Source: Octopus sinensis | Lineage: Eukaryota | Reading direction: 5' to 3' | DNA: 55,520 bases | Assembly (NCBI RefSeq): GCF_006345805.1 | Contig: NW_021833772.1 | Coordinates: 1-55,520 of the forward strand | Part shown: positions 37,228-48,639 of the stretch, in pieces | How the letters are laid out: the number at the start of each line of letters is the position of its first letter | Numbering within the stretch: the stretch's first letter is position 1 | Notes under the pieces: generated by a model | What the model was told of the DNA's origin: nothing | What the model saw: the letters and a program-made list of their open reading frames with translations, nothing else | Databases searched by the model: none | Program-made: the position numbers and the translations under genes

Positions 37228-38252
37228 CTAGCATTAAAGACCCGTCGTTGCCGGGTCATAGTGCTAGTGCATGTATATATGTGTATATATATGTGTACAT
37301 ATTACATGTACACATCTACACATAAAATACAAAATACAAAGTTATATCTTGATATTGCTAGTGATAACAATACTCAAAATATATAACAGACTGGAATTGT
37401 TAGCCCGTCTCTTGTAATTTCGATCAATTGTATCTTGTCCTCCCTCTTGTATAGAAGTGTGGCTACAATCCAGCCTACCTCTACTTCTGGGGGGGGGGGG
37501 CATTTAAAATTTTTTTTCCGGGACGTCCTATGTCCCAGATATAAAGGTAAAAATAAAATATTTCCACTTTGCAAGTTCGAGTCGAGTACTCCCTTGCACG
37601 CTCTGTTGACTCAAACCTTGCTTCTATTGTGGCGAATTTACCGCCTCTGATTAGATACCTTTCATAGTCGCACCAAGACACTTTTCAAAGGTGCTTTCCT
37701 CCATGCGTTCAAATCTTCTTTTTTCTCTATATTGTATACTTTATAGACAATAGTCTTTTCTTTAATCTAATTTTTTATTATCCATCTGGACTATTCCATT
37801 TCTGCACACTAATTTTATTTTTAATTTATTCCCATTCATGTGAAACCACTTATTCAAGTTCAAATCATTGATGCAATTTTATACCAATTGCTATTTTTAC
37901 TTTTGTCATGTTACTTTAGTTTGACTTTAATTATTACTTACTACATATAATTCAATTGTTATTATTATTTTTATTGTTAAAGTGAAAGTATCTGACATAA
38001 AATAGAGAAATGTTTTTGTTTCACTTTTAACACATAATACTGAAATAGTGGAGAAGATATGATATTGCTATGGGATTGCTCTAGGCAAGAAGTTGAACAT
38101 TTTTTTTTGCCGATGACACTCCCCAGACCCTAAGTAAGGCATGTATAAAATTTGAATGAAATTGGTTGTGTAGTTCTCAAGTTTTAGGGAAACACACTGA
38201 CAGATAGACAGACAGACAGACACACATTCTCAGTTTTATATATATATAAAGA
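37228..38252 (-). mobile_element. Non-autonomous Helitron (1025 bp)
   Basis: Minus strand A|TC-tttatatatatataaaactg...GACCCG-gcaacga-CGGGTC-tttaatg-CTAG|T. Confidence 0.8.
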
Positions 38253-38273
38253 TATATATATATATATATATAT

Positions 38274-39541
38274 AGGAGATAAATAAAAATATATGCATAC
38301 ATACAAACATATATGTACGTACCTACATCTACATGTATATATACATGCATATATAAATAATTATACGGAAGTACAGGACATCACAATAAGACGTAGAAAC
38401 AGAAAAAGCCAAAAAACAAAAAACAAGAAAACGGAAAACGAAAACCAAATACAGGACAGGTTACACAAGGACAAAACCCCCGTCATTAGCTGTCGCTAGA
38501 GGAGTCAGGCATGTTTCGAAGGCATAACAGAACACTAATCCAATAGGCCTTCCTGCGAGAGAATTAAAATAAAATTTCAAGCAGCGGGGCACAATGAGTA
38601 CGAACACAAACAAGACGTAACAATAAGACTGCAAAATTAAAATACAAGTACAAAAACAAACACAAGAGGACGAACGAAAAAGCCTTTTTTCTGGCATAGA
38701 CAAACAATAAAACTGCAAAAATAAAAATACATGTACAAAAAGTACAATTAGTTACAAAACGAGAAAATAACAAGAATACTATACAGGAAATTAACCACAC
38801 AAGGGGACGAACGAAGAAGCCTTTTTGCTGGCAAGGACGAAAGTGTAGTAGCAGCGCGTGGAGGCAGTCTTTTCAATAGTGGTAACCACGTGTAAAGGAA
38901 TTTTGTTTTATAGGCAAGGAAGAGGGAAGGAGGAGGGGGACACGCGGCGAAGAGAGAGGAGGAGGGGGAGGGAGAAAGATTGAAGAGGTTAAAGCAAAGG
39001 GAGAGAGTACCGCATCTTCAATATAATAATATTAATATAAAAAAAAAAAGGGGACCAAGAAGTGGATCGAAACGACGAATCGGAACGAACCTGATGCGGG
39101 GCGCTGTCAGACAATAAGGAGATAAATAAAAATATATGCATACATACAAACATATATGTACGTACCTACATCTACATGTATATATACATGCATATATAAA
39201 TAATTATACGGAAGTACAGGACATCACAATAAGACGTAGAAACAGAAAAAGCCAAAAAACAAAAAACAAGAAAACGGAAAACGAAAACCAAATACAGGAC
39301 AGGTTACACAAGGACAAAACCCCCGTCATCAGCTGTCGCTAGAGGAGTCAGGCATGTTTCGAAGGCATAACAGAACACTAATCCAATAGGCCTTCCTGCG
39401 AGAGAATTAAAATAAAATTTCAAGCAGCGGGGCACAATGAGTACGAACACAAACAAGACGTAACAATAAGACTGCAAAATTAAAATACAAGTACAAAAAC
39501 AAACACAAGAGGACGAACGAAAAAGCCTTTTTTCTGGCATA
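38274..39541. repeat. 425-bp direct repeats (38274-38698 and 39117-39541) around a 418-bp spacer; PLE pseudo-LTR-like or TRIM-like
   Basis: Offset 843; only one mismatch noticed (gtcattagc vs gtcatcagc). No coding capacity. Confidence 0.9.
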
Positions 39542-39953
39542 AAAATACAAACTGGGACAAGAACGCAAAACATTTAGAAAACGATACAAAAAACACAGAC
39601 GGGACATTCGAAGCCTTCGATCTTCAGTCAAGAACCGGATCATCCTCGCAATTTCGGCTGATTAATCTTGAGATTGCTCCGATCTGGCCAGCCCCAAAGG
39701 AAAATCTAAGCCAAGTGCATTAGATACCTCGGAAGAAAGCCTCGAATGTATACAAAACAAGGACGGAAAAACGGACAGTGTTACACGAATAAGAATACAA
39801 AAATACGTAAAAACAATAATGATAATAATAATAACAAAAACAGGACATCACAGACAGACATCTTTTGACAGGACGAGTAAACTTTGAGCTGGCGTGTTAG
39901 GAGAGAAAAAAAATGTGTCTTGCCGCAAACGACTGGTAAGCACGAAAGTGAGA

Positions 39954-40006
39954 TCCCTACTGAAGAGGCAACAAAATTAACTGAAATTGACCAATCAGTA
40001 TAGGGA
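39954..40006 (+). ncRNA. Type I hammerhead ribozyme candidate
   Basis: UCCCUA-CUGAAGA-[GG..12 nt..CU]-GAAA-UUGA(ccaa)UCAG-UA^-UAGGGA: stem I 6 bp, stem III 4 bp, GUA triplet, weak stem II. Predicted cut after 40000. Confidence 0.6.
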
Positions 40007-40131
40007 ATTCTCAACCAGTGCTTTCGGGCGATTACAGTCCCTGTCAGTACATGTGTATACAATTATGTGCTTTAACTACAGCATTAGAGCTTCTTAGCTC
40101 TTACTTCTAGTATATATATAATAATAATAAT

Positions 40132-40178
<47 letters not shown>

Positions 40179-40263
40179 ATATATATATACATATTATATA
40201 TTGCTTGAAGCTTACTAACTTCCTACATCTTGATCCTTGGATCTTACCTTTACACATTATATA

Positions 40264-40772
40264 TCTATATATATAAAACTGTAGTTGTGTGAGTGTCTGT
40301 CTCCTTCGATTTAGATTCCTAACTACTCCCACACTTTGCAGTGCAGTTTAACCAAATTCGGGTATCTTATAGTCGTGATTCATATCGAGCCCGTCTGGGT
40401 ATTAGCGCGCGTCTACGATGAGTCTACGATTTTAAAAATAATTTAACATAATTTTTTATTCCATTTTAATGCATAATTTTTCGTGTGTCGATGGCGGCGG
40501 AGTTGGCGACCATGGTCACACCTGCACCTGTTTGCTTCTCCCCCTTCTTCCCTCCCTCGTGAAGCTGTGGGGAAGGGAGTGTAAGGAAATTAACGTCGTA
40601 AAGCGTTGTCAAGGAGACCAGCGTTCTTTTAGAACGACTTCATGGCTTGAAGACACCAAAACAGAAATGGCTAAGAAAGCCCAAATAGGCATCTATAAGA
40701 GAAGTAACTCTCTAAAAATGCTTATATAGTTATTTCCCTTACAAACCCGAGCAACGCCGGGCGATACTGCTA

Positions 40773-40773
<1 letters not shown>
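40264..40773 (+). mobile_element. Non-autonomous Helitron (510 bp)
   Basis: A|TC-tatatatataaaactg...CCCG-agcaacgc-CGGG-cgatactg-CTAG|T. Confidence 0.85.
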
Positions 40774-40811
<38 letters not shown>

Positions 40812-41043
40812 AATATTTGTTTTATGTTTTAATAAAAACCATTTTATATTACGCTGAAGGATTATTCAATACATCTGGCAGAGTACAAATTTATTATTAG
40901 CAAGAATAATCGGACAGTTCAACGATGTTAAGTTTATCTCTACATATATTCTAGTCCAATGACGGTTTAGCTAGCTAAAACTTCGAAGTCACTGTCAATA
41001 CTATTCTTGTTAAAGAATAATATACGTGTATATATATATATAT

Positions 41044-41075
<32 letters not shown>

Positions 41076-41188
41076 ATATATATACGTACACAAACAGATA
41101 TAAACCACAAATTTCTTGCGAATATTAAATTCATAGAAAGAGTGTGTCAGTGAGAGAGAGAGGAAGAGCGGGGGAATAGAGAGAGAGG

Positions 41189-41250
<62 letters not shown>

Positions 41251-41848
41251 GTTATAGTTGAGAGCTTGCTGCTTGTTTACATTGAAGGCAATTATTTGAG
41301 CTGATGAGGAAGAATCAGATATTTTGATAAAGAGGTTCCAGAGAACGTTGACTGGTTCTCTGGGTCTGCTTGCACCGGGAAAATGTGAGTCTGATAGTAA
41401 ATAATTGAAACACGACTTCGATATAATTTGACCAACACATACTAAAATTACAACCTCGACATATTTAATCTGTTTCTAGAATATTTTCAACAGTGAAAAT
41501 GTTGACATGTTGTTGATGATTCAGAGAGAGAGGGGGGAAGTTAAAATAGGAAGTAGTTGTAAAAGAAGACATTTGTGGTGTGGATGCTGTGGTCATGTGG
41601 TTGAGTGACACATCACCTAGCAGCAGCAGCAGCAACCACACAAAATACTACAATTGAAACACGCATGCATGCATGCATGCATGCATATATATATATATAT
41701 ACAATATAGAGAAATACAATATATGCATGTGTGCGTGTTTCAGTTATAGTGTTTTGTATATCTCCCTGCTTCCATTTCCTGAGCGCCTATTAATAATAAT
41801 ACTGTAATTGTTCCATTGTTGTTGTTTTTTTTGTTTCCCGTTTGGATT

Positions 41849-41893
<45 letters not shown>

Positions 41894-42179
41894 TACACAC
41901 ATACATACAAAGATATATAGACAGACAGATAGGTGATATGTTGCTAATTAATAGAAAGCAATATATAGCAAGTGTAAAAACCAATAGTCTTCCATTAACT
42001 TTTCAAAGCGTAAACATACAAGTAATATGAAAAATAACCATGTATTATTATGTAAATGTGTTTATACACACACACACACACACACACACGCGAGATTGAT
42101 TTAAATAGCAATTTCTATGAAGTTCTCTTTGTAGAAAGAAGAGTAAAAGGTATATGCAGAGCTGAGCCCATTAATTGTT

Positions 42180-42900
42180 AATTAACGTTCGAAGGTCATG
42201 CTTCGTCACCTCATCACATGTCTTCCTTGGTCTACCTCTTCCACAGGTTCCTTTTGACGTTACAGAGTGATACTTCCTCACACAGACGTCTTTATTCATA
42301 TCTAACACATGGCCATCTAATGCAGTTGCCTCTCTTGCGCACCACATTTTATGCTTCTTATGCCCAACTTTTCTCTCAGGGCGCTTACACTCTGTCATGT
42401 ATGCACACTAACATTACATATCCAGCGGATCATTTTTTATTTATGCGCCCTTTTCAAACCTAGCCAGGCTCATGGGCTCGGTTTCCTGGTTTCTGTGGCG
42501 TATGTGTTCCCCCAGCTGGACAGGGCGCCAGTCCATCGCAGCATTATTCAAGAAACAGGAAGAAAGAGTGAGAGAAAGTTGGGGAGCGAAAGAGTACAAC
42601 AGGGGTCGCCACTACCCCCTGCCGGAGCCTCGTGCAGCTTTAGGTGTTTTCACTCAATAAACACACACAACTCCTGGTCTAGGAATTGAAACCACGATCC
42701 TCCGACTGTGAGTCCGCTGCCCTAACCACTGGGCCATTGCGCCTCCACCAGCAGATCATATTACCTTCATTTCTATCAAGCCTATGCATGTCCTCAGCAT
42801 TCATGGCCCATGTTTCACTGCTGTGTAGCATGGCAGTTTGCACACATGCATCAAACAGTCTACCTTTCACCCTGAGTGAGAGGCCCTTATGTAAATATAT
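42180..42900 (-). mobile_element. RTE RT C-terminal fragment interrupted by a SINE
   Basis: KGLSLRVKGRLFDACVQTAMLHSSETW; GTCGRGRPRKTCDEV. Confidence 0.85.
42434..42747 (-). mobile_element. V-SINE-like SINE with a 12-bp TSD (1 mismatch)
   Basis: ccagcggatcat at 42422-42433 and ccagcagatcat at 42748-42759; core gcgatggactggcgccctgtccag. Confidence 0.85.
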
Positions 42901-42967
42901 ATATATATAGAGAGAGAAACAAAAACTGAAAATATTCGGAAGATGAACGTTCATGTATAAGCCAAAA

Positions 42968-43516
42968 GATATTTATATATTTACAGAACAGATTTACATG
43001 GAGTGCAAAACATACAGAAAACTAGGAGAGAAGGCTATTTCTAGTTAAAGGCGGCGAGCTTGGCAGAATCGTTAGCACGCCGGGCGAAATGCTTAGCCGT
43101 ATTTCGTCTGCTGTTACGTTCTGAGTTCAAATTCCGCTGAGGTCGACTTTGCCTTTCATCCTTTCGGGGTCGATAAATTAAGTACCAGTTACGCATTGGG
43201 GTCAATATAATCGACTTAATCCGTCTGTCTGTCCTTGTTTGTCCCTCTCTGTGTGTAGCCCCTATCTGTGTGTAGTTGCCTATCTTTCCACTCTGAAGAC
43301 GAAGGCTGGATTTATAGTAATGTTTATATGCATCCATTTCTGGTTGCTGATCCTTGACATTTTGCACAATCCATCTGCCAATATTACAACTATTTTGTAA
43401 TTCTAAGATCCCCCCCCCCCTCGAAACAGCTGTTAGCCCTGAAATACCATGCCCTCTTCCCTAGTTTCCGGAATTTTTTATGCCATGTAAAGTTGTTCTG
43501 TAAATATATAAATATC
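42968..43516. repeat. ~70-bp inverted repeats enclosing a SINE and a CTGAAGA-containing segment
   Basis: gatatttatatatttacagaaca..tttacatgg at 42968 and its reverse complement ending at 43516. Confidence 0.75.
43049..43262 (+). mobile_element. Well-preserved tRNA-derived SINE (family of 1447-1661)
   Basis: aggcggcgagcttggcagaatcgttagc...gagttcaaattcc...taagtaccag; CpGs retained. Confidence 0.85.
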
Positions 43517-43519
43517 TAT

Positions 43520-46500
43520 AAGAATAAATGAGTGGTTGGTGAGAACTGTACAAGCCATGTACAGGGATGCTGTCAGTAAGGTAAGGGTTGGCAATGAGTA
43601 TAGTAAAGAATTCAGGATACAAGTAGGGTTTCACCAAGGATCAGTCCTCAGCCCTCTCTTGTTCATCATAGTCCTCCTGGCAATAACAGAGGAATTCAAG
43701 ACAGGCTGCCCCTGGGAGCTCCTCTATGCTGATGACCTTGTTCTTATAGCTGAATCACTACCAGAACTAGAGAGGTTTCAGGTGTGGAATAAGGTCTTGA
43801 ATCGAAGGGCCTTAGAGTTAACTTAGCAAAAACCAGAGTAGGAAAGCAGACAAATCACAAATCCCTTCAGATAGATGGCCCTACTCAATCTGTAGGAATG
43901 GCGTAGATAGAAACTCCAAAAGATGCACCAGGTGTAAGCTTTGGACACATAAGAGGCACAGCAATATCAGAGGAAAGTTAATAAGGAAAATAGTTTTTGT
44001 GCGTGGAAGGTGAACAGGTACAATTAATACCAAAAATGTACAGAAAATAGATTCCATCACATGCCAAGGGGGAAAATTAGAAGTAGTTGATAACTTCTGT
44101 TACCTAGGTGACCAAGTTAGTAGCAGGGGTGGATGTTCCAAGAGCATAGCAGCTAGAATAAGAATAGGCTGGGCAAAGTTCAGAGAGCTTCTATTTCTGT
44201 TGGGAACAAAGGGCCTCTTGCTCAGAGTGAAAGGCAGACTGTATGATGCCTGTGTATGAACAAGGAGAGGTATTTTCAAGGATGTCAAATTGTTAGACCA
44301 GGCCAAGAAAGTCATAGCTCAGCTGATTGGGTAGAGAGTTAGCCTAGATGAAATGCAGTTTGGTTAGGAAGAAATAGCACTGATGCCATATTCCTAGTGA
44401 GACAACTGCAGAAGTACTTAACTAAGAGTAAGCCACCATTCTTGGTTTTTGTGAACCTGGTGAAAGCCTTTGTCAGGGTCCTTTATTCTGCGATGTGGTA
44501 TTTGCTGTGGAAGCTAGGAGTAGATGAATAGCTTATAAGAGCCGTACAAGCCATGTACAGAGCTGTCAGCTAAGTCAGAATTAGTAATTAATGCAATAAT
44601 GATTTTAGTGTGAAGGTAGGAATCCTCCAAGGTTCAGTGCTCAGTCCTCTTCTATTTATCACTGTTGTCCAGAACAGAGGAGTTTAAGATTAGGTATCTG
44701 TGGGAACTCTTATATACTGATGACCTCATTCTTATAGATGAATCTGTTGTAGGATTAGATTAGGGAAGAAATTTCAGGCATGGAAGCAAAATCTGAATTA
44801 AAGAGCTTCAAAGTTGCCCTTGCTCAATATGTAGAAAAGGAAGAGTAGGTAGAAATTCTACGTGATGTACCCAATGCAAACTATGGACATACAAGAGGTA
44901 CAAAGGAATCACAGGTAGGTTAACAAAGTAAATTTTGTATGCAGCAGATGTGCTGGAGCCATAAACTTAAGACTGCATAAGAAAGAGATAGTCCTGAATG
45001 CAGAGGAGAATCTCTTTATAGATAACTTCTGTTACCTAAGTGACATGGATGGGGGTACCCTAGAAGTAGTTGGTGAATTTGGTTACCTAGGTGACCTAAT
45101 TCACAGTGGTGGTGGTGGGTGTATCGAAACACAGTAATCAGAGTAAGAGCTAGACAGCCTCAGGGACACAACACAGAAAGGATTGGGAAAGGAAAGATTG
45201 CTGCGTTAGACATAGATTTAGAGATGGTCTAGTTGAAATAGAGGAGGAGGAGGACGAGGTTGATAATCTGTAAAGGAAAAAGTTCAAGGAGCTGTTACTT
45301 CTGTTGGAAAGGGTTTCTCCTCAACGTGAAGGGCAGATTGTATGATGCTTGTGTATGAACTGTAATGCTTCATGACAACAAGACATGGGTTTTGAATGTA
45401 GAAAAACTTGTGAAAACTAGAAAGCAATGAAGTTAGTATGGCTTACTGGATGTGGAATGTCAGTATGAATGAATGATGTAACACAGATGAGTTGAGAGGA
45501 GAAAAAAAACTAGATATAAGAGATTTAAGGTTCTAAGTGTATGAGAGAGAAGATTGCACTGATGTGAGCATGTGGTGTATATGGGGGTGGGGAAGGAATG
45601 ACAACTGTAGAAAGCCGTGTAGAACACACAAAGTGAATGGAAGTTTGAAAGAAGAGCCAGGAAAACATGAAACAAAATGGTGAAGACCAGTACCATGATG
45701 GTGAGCCTCACAAAGAAGATACCAAACGACCATGATGACTGGTAATATGCAATGCTTGAGAAAACCCATTCCACCCGAGCAAGCATGGTGAATGAAGCAT
45801 TGTAATTTTGGTTGTGACACAAGATGGGAGGTGTAAATATCTAGAATCGCATCTCTTGCTTAATTCAGCCTTGTGAAGCCTCCATTTGCTGTTCCCATCA
45901 TACATTTTCTCTCTCTTTCCTATTCACTACACCATGCCATCCACGTAACAAAGAATAGTTTTGGACAAGTGTATCTTCTACCACCACCTTTTCACTTCAC
46001 CTTTCTTTCAAGGCATCTGAAGTGTTTCCATTAAAAAAAGCCTTATTCCAACATTAGTCTATGGTTACAACAAAGAAGATTCCAACCAAAAGAGTTGAAT
46101 TTCACAATGGTAGCAGGCACACACAGTACAGAGGATGTGGTTTCAAACAAAATTGATTTTAGTGCAACGAGGCTGCATTTAAGTTAAATGGTTCTGTTGA
46201 TCACCGCAAGTGCACTTAACTGAACAACTGAGAATGTTTCTGTGAACATAACATGGGTTGTAGTAGAGTGTACATCATTAGCATTAAGTTTAATTGGATA
46301 ATTCAACCAGTTGTCTTTGACAGCAATGTGGCTGATGCCATTCAATGGAATTTACAGCAAAAATCCATCCTACCTTACATTTGAAGTATTTGGGAATGAA
46401 AGGAAGATTTATTTCAAATAAGATGGGGCATGTACCTATGTGATTTCACCTCACTTCTCATAGGGTTTCAGGGTCAAACCCATCACCTGCACTGGGGTGT

Positions 46501-47100
46501 TGGACACAATGATCAAGAGCTGGAGTGTTGCATACTATGAGTCCATAGGATAGGGGTTCTCTTAAATGCTTGGCTGACTCAGTATAAGTTATCAATAGCT
46601 TCTGTTACCTAGAAGACATGATTAGCAGTGGCAGTGGTCCAGAAAATGTAGTAACCAAGGTGAGAATGGGTTGGAAAAAGTTCACTGAGCTCCTACCACT
46701 GCAAGCAATAAAGGTCTTGCTCTCAGAGTGAAAGGCAGATTGCAAGATACTTGTGTTAAAACTGCAATACTGCATGAAAGCAAGACATGAGCCTTGAATG
46801 CAGACTTTTGTGAGAACTTGACAGATATGAAGACAGCATGCTGCAGTTGATGTGTAATGTTAGTGGGCATGAATACCACAGTACAAATAAGGTAAGAGAA
46901 AAACTGAGTACAAGAGGAATGAGGTGTGCAAAAGAGAGGAGGCTGTGCTGGGTCTGTGATATGTATAGAGGATGACTGCTGTGTCAGGAAGTACCAAGTA
47001 CTTCAAGTCAGTGGAATCTACAGAAGAGGGAGACTAAGAAAGACTTAGTCTCCTTTTCCTGGGTCAAAGTGATGAAGACTGATCTGCATTGGCTAGGAAA
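43520..47100 (+). mobile_element. Cluster of scrambled, decayed RTE fragments
   Basis: GFHQGSVLSPLLF..LYADDL (43536-43826), repeated LGD and RVKGRLYDACV motifs, several out-of-order pieces. Confidence 0.8.
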
Positions 47101-47649
47101 TGACAAACGACCATACACAGATGAGTGATATGCAGTGTTACTCAGAAAAACAATCCACTCTTGGCAAAAGGTACTTTGACACAAGGATAGTGTTTAGAAG
47201 TTATGATGTGTGTGTGTGATGTTATAAACTAAGATAGTAGGTGATGTGGTGGGAATGAAGGCAAAGTCAGCCACGTGTAGGGGTCCTTCCATTTTTTTTT
47301 AACAGAACCAGGTGTCAGTAGTTAGTGCAGATGGGGAGAACAAGGAGTGTGTAAGAAACAATCTGCACATGGAACAAACTTCTTCCTTCTGCTTCCTCTT
47401 GTGATGTCGCTTGATGCCTTGAGTTGTTTTTCTCTGTTCACCTAATCCTCCTTACAAGCTTATTCAGCTCACAACTACATGAGCATGTGCAAGGTGATAA
47501 GACCATTTAGAGGGGGGAGAGAGAGAAAGAGATGAAGTGATATGGGGGGAGAAGGTTAGGTCGATTGTGCAACTACAGGGAATCAGTGATTTAGAGAAAC
47601 CAGTATTGTGACTGCATCCAGATATGAATGAAGAAACCCAGGTAGATGT

Positions 47650-48620
47650 GGGGGGAAATAGATGCCAATTAAAAGGAAATTTTATTAAGGGAACATTTGT
47701 GGCCAATGACAGGCTGGGAAGAGTGAGATGGACTGGGAAACAGGTAGGTGTGTTCAATAAGGTCAGAAGGTTAGTGGAACTGGCTTGATACTCTGGAAAA
47801 GGGCTGGAGAGGACAGTTAGGCTGGCATTTATGACAGGTTTCCTTGATCATATTTTGATAGGACTATAGTAGTTGCCAGACTTTGAGACCATGGCTACAG
47901 GGGATTTAGAGACCTGAGCTAATGATGTGGCAGCAGCTACAGTAGGTCAAAGTGCAATGAGATGGCAAGATGAATGCAGTAAGGGGTTGGAAGAGGAAAA
48001 GGAGTGAGTGTAACAATTCAAAGGTAAGGGTTCAGATGTTGTTGGCTGCACATGGTCAGAAGTGGCAAGGAGCCCAAATTGGAATTGCTCTGGTATTGAT
48101 GTAACTAGATGACTGGTCATATAGTGATAACCTTGAATCAGGAAAATGAAGGATGCTGGCAGCTATCCTGTCAAGTGGGGGTACACCATTTGTTGCCTTT
48201 GGTGGAATATCTGATAAAAGCAGCAGATGATAGAGGATGATAGAGGCTGCAGAACCACCTTCAAGTGACTTCAAGTCTGATAGATAGCTGGGGTGTGGTG
48301 AGCATTTGATGGGAAGAAAGTTCCTTTTAAGGGTTCCAGTGCTGATGAGTTGATGGTATATGGAAAGCAGTTGATAGTTAGAGGGTTCTGATACACCAAC
48401 ATATTGGATTGGAGATGGATACGATCAGGTTAGCAAAAATTCTGGTCAGTGAGGAAAGGGTAGAGTTTGAAGGGGCATGATGTGCTGTGAATATACTGTA
48501 GAAGAGTCAGAGCTCTTGTCAAAATAATCCAAGGAGCAGTGGATGTTCCTTGTAAGATTAAGGACAAGGGTTTCCAAACTGTGTTTGGTGGCAAGCAATA
48601 GACAGTCAAATGCTTCAGGA
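47650..48620 (-). mobile_element. Possible highly decayed PLE thumb/linker fragment
   Basis: Weak remnants only (VYSQ; LSIYHQ..LKRNF). Confidence 0.3.
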
Positions 48621-48639
48621 ATGGTGAGCCTCTCTAGTA

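Noticed and set aside
39060-39105. cgaaac-gacgaatcg-ga...ctgatgc hammerhead-like pieces
   Set aside because: Two core positions are wrong and stem I is absent.
39310-39385. Permuted hammerhead on the minus strand of the direct repeat (GAAAC...CTGATGA)
   Set aside because: The triplet reads GAC rather than GUH, and stem I does not pair.
39595-39635. Minus-strand CTGAAGA-tcgaaggcttc-GAAT-gtcccgtc
   Set aside because: GAAA is broken and there is no stem I; at most a relic.
40935-40990. Palindrome ttagctagctaa after ccaatga
   Set aside because: Hammerhead core not present; a 12-bp palindrome is unremarkable here.
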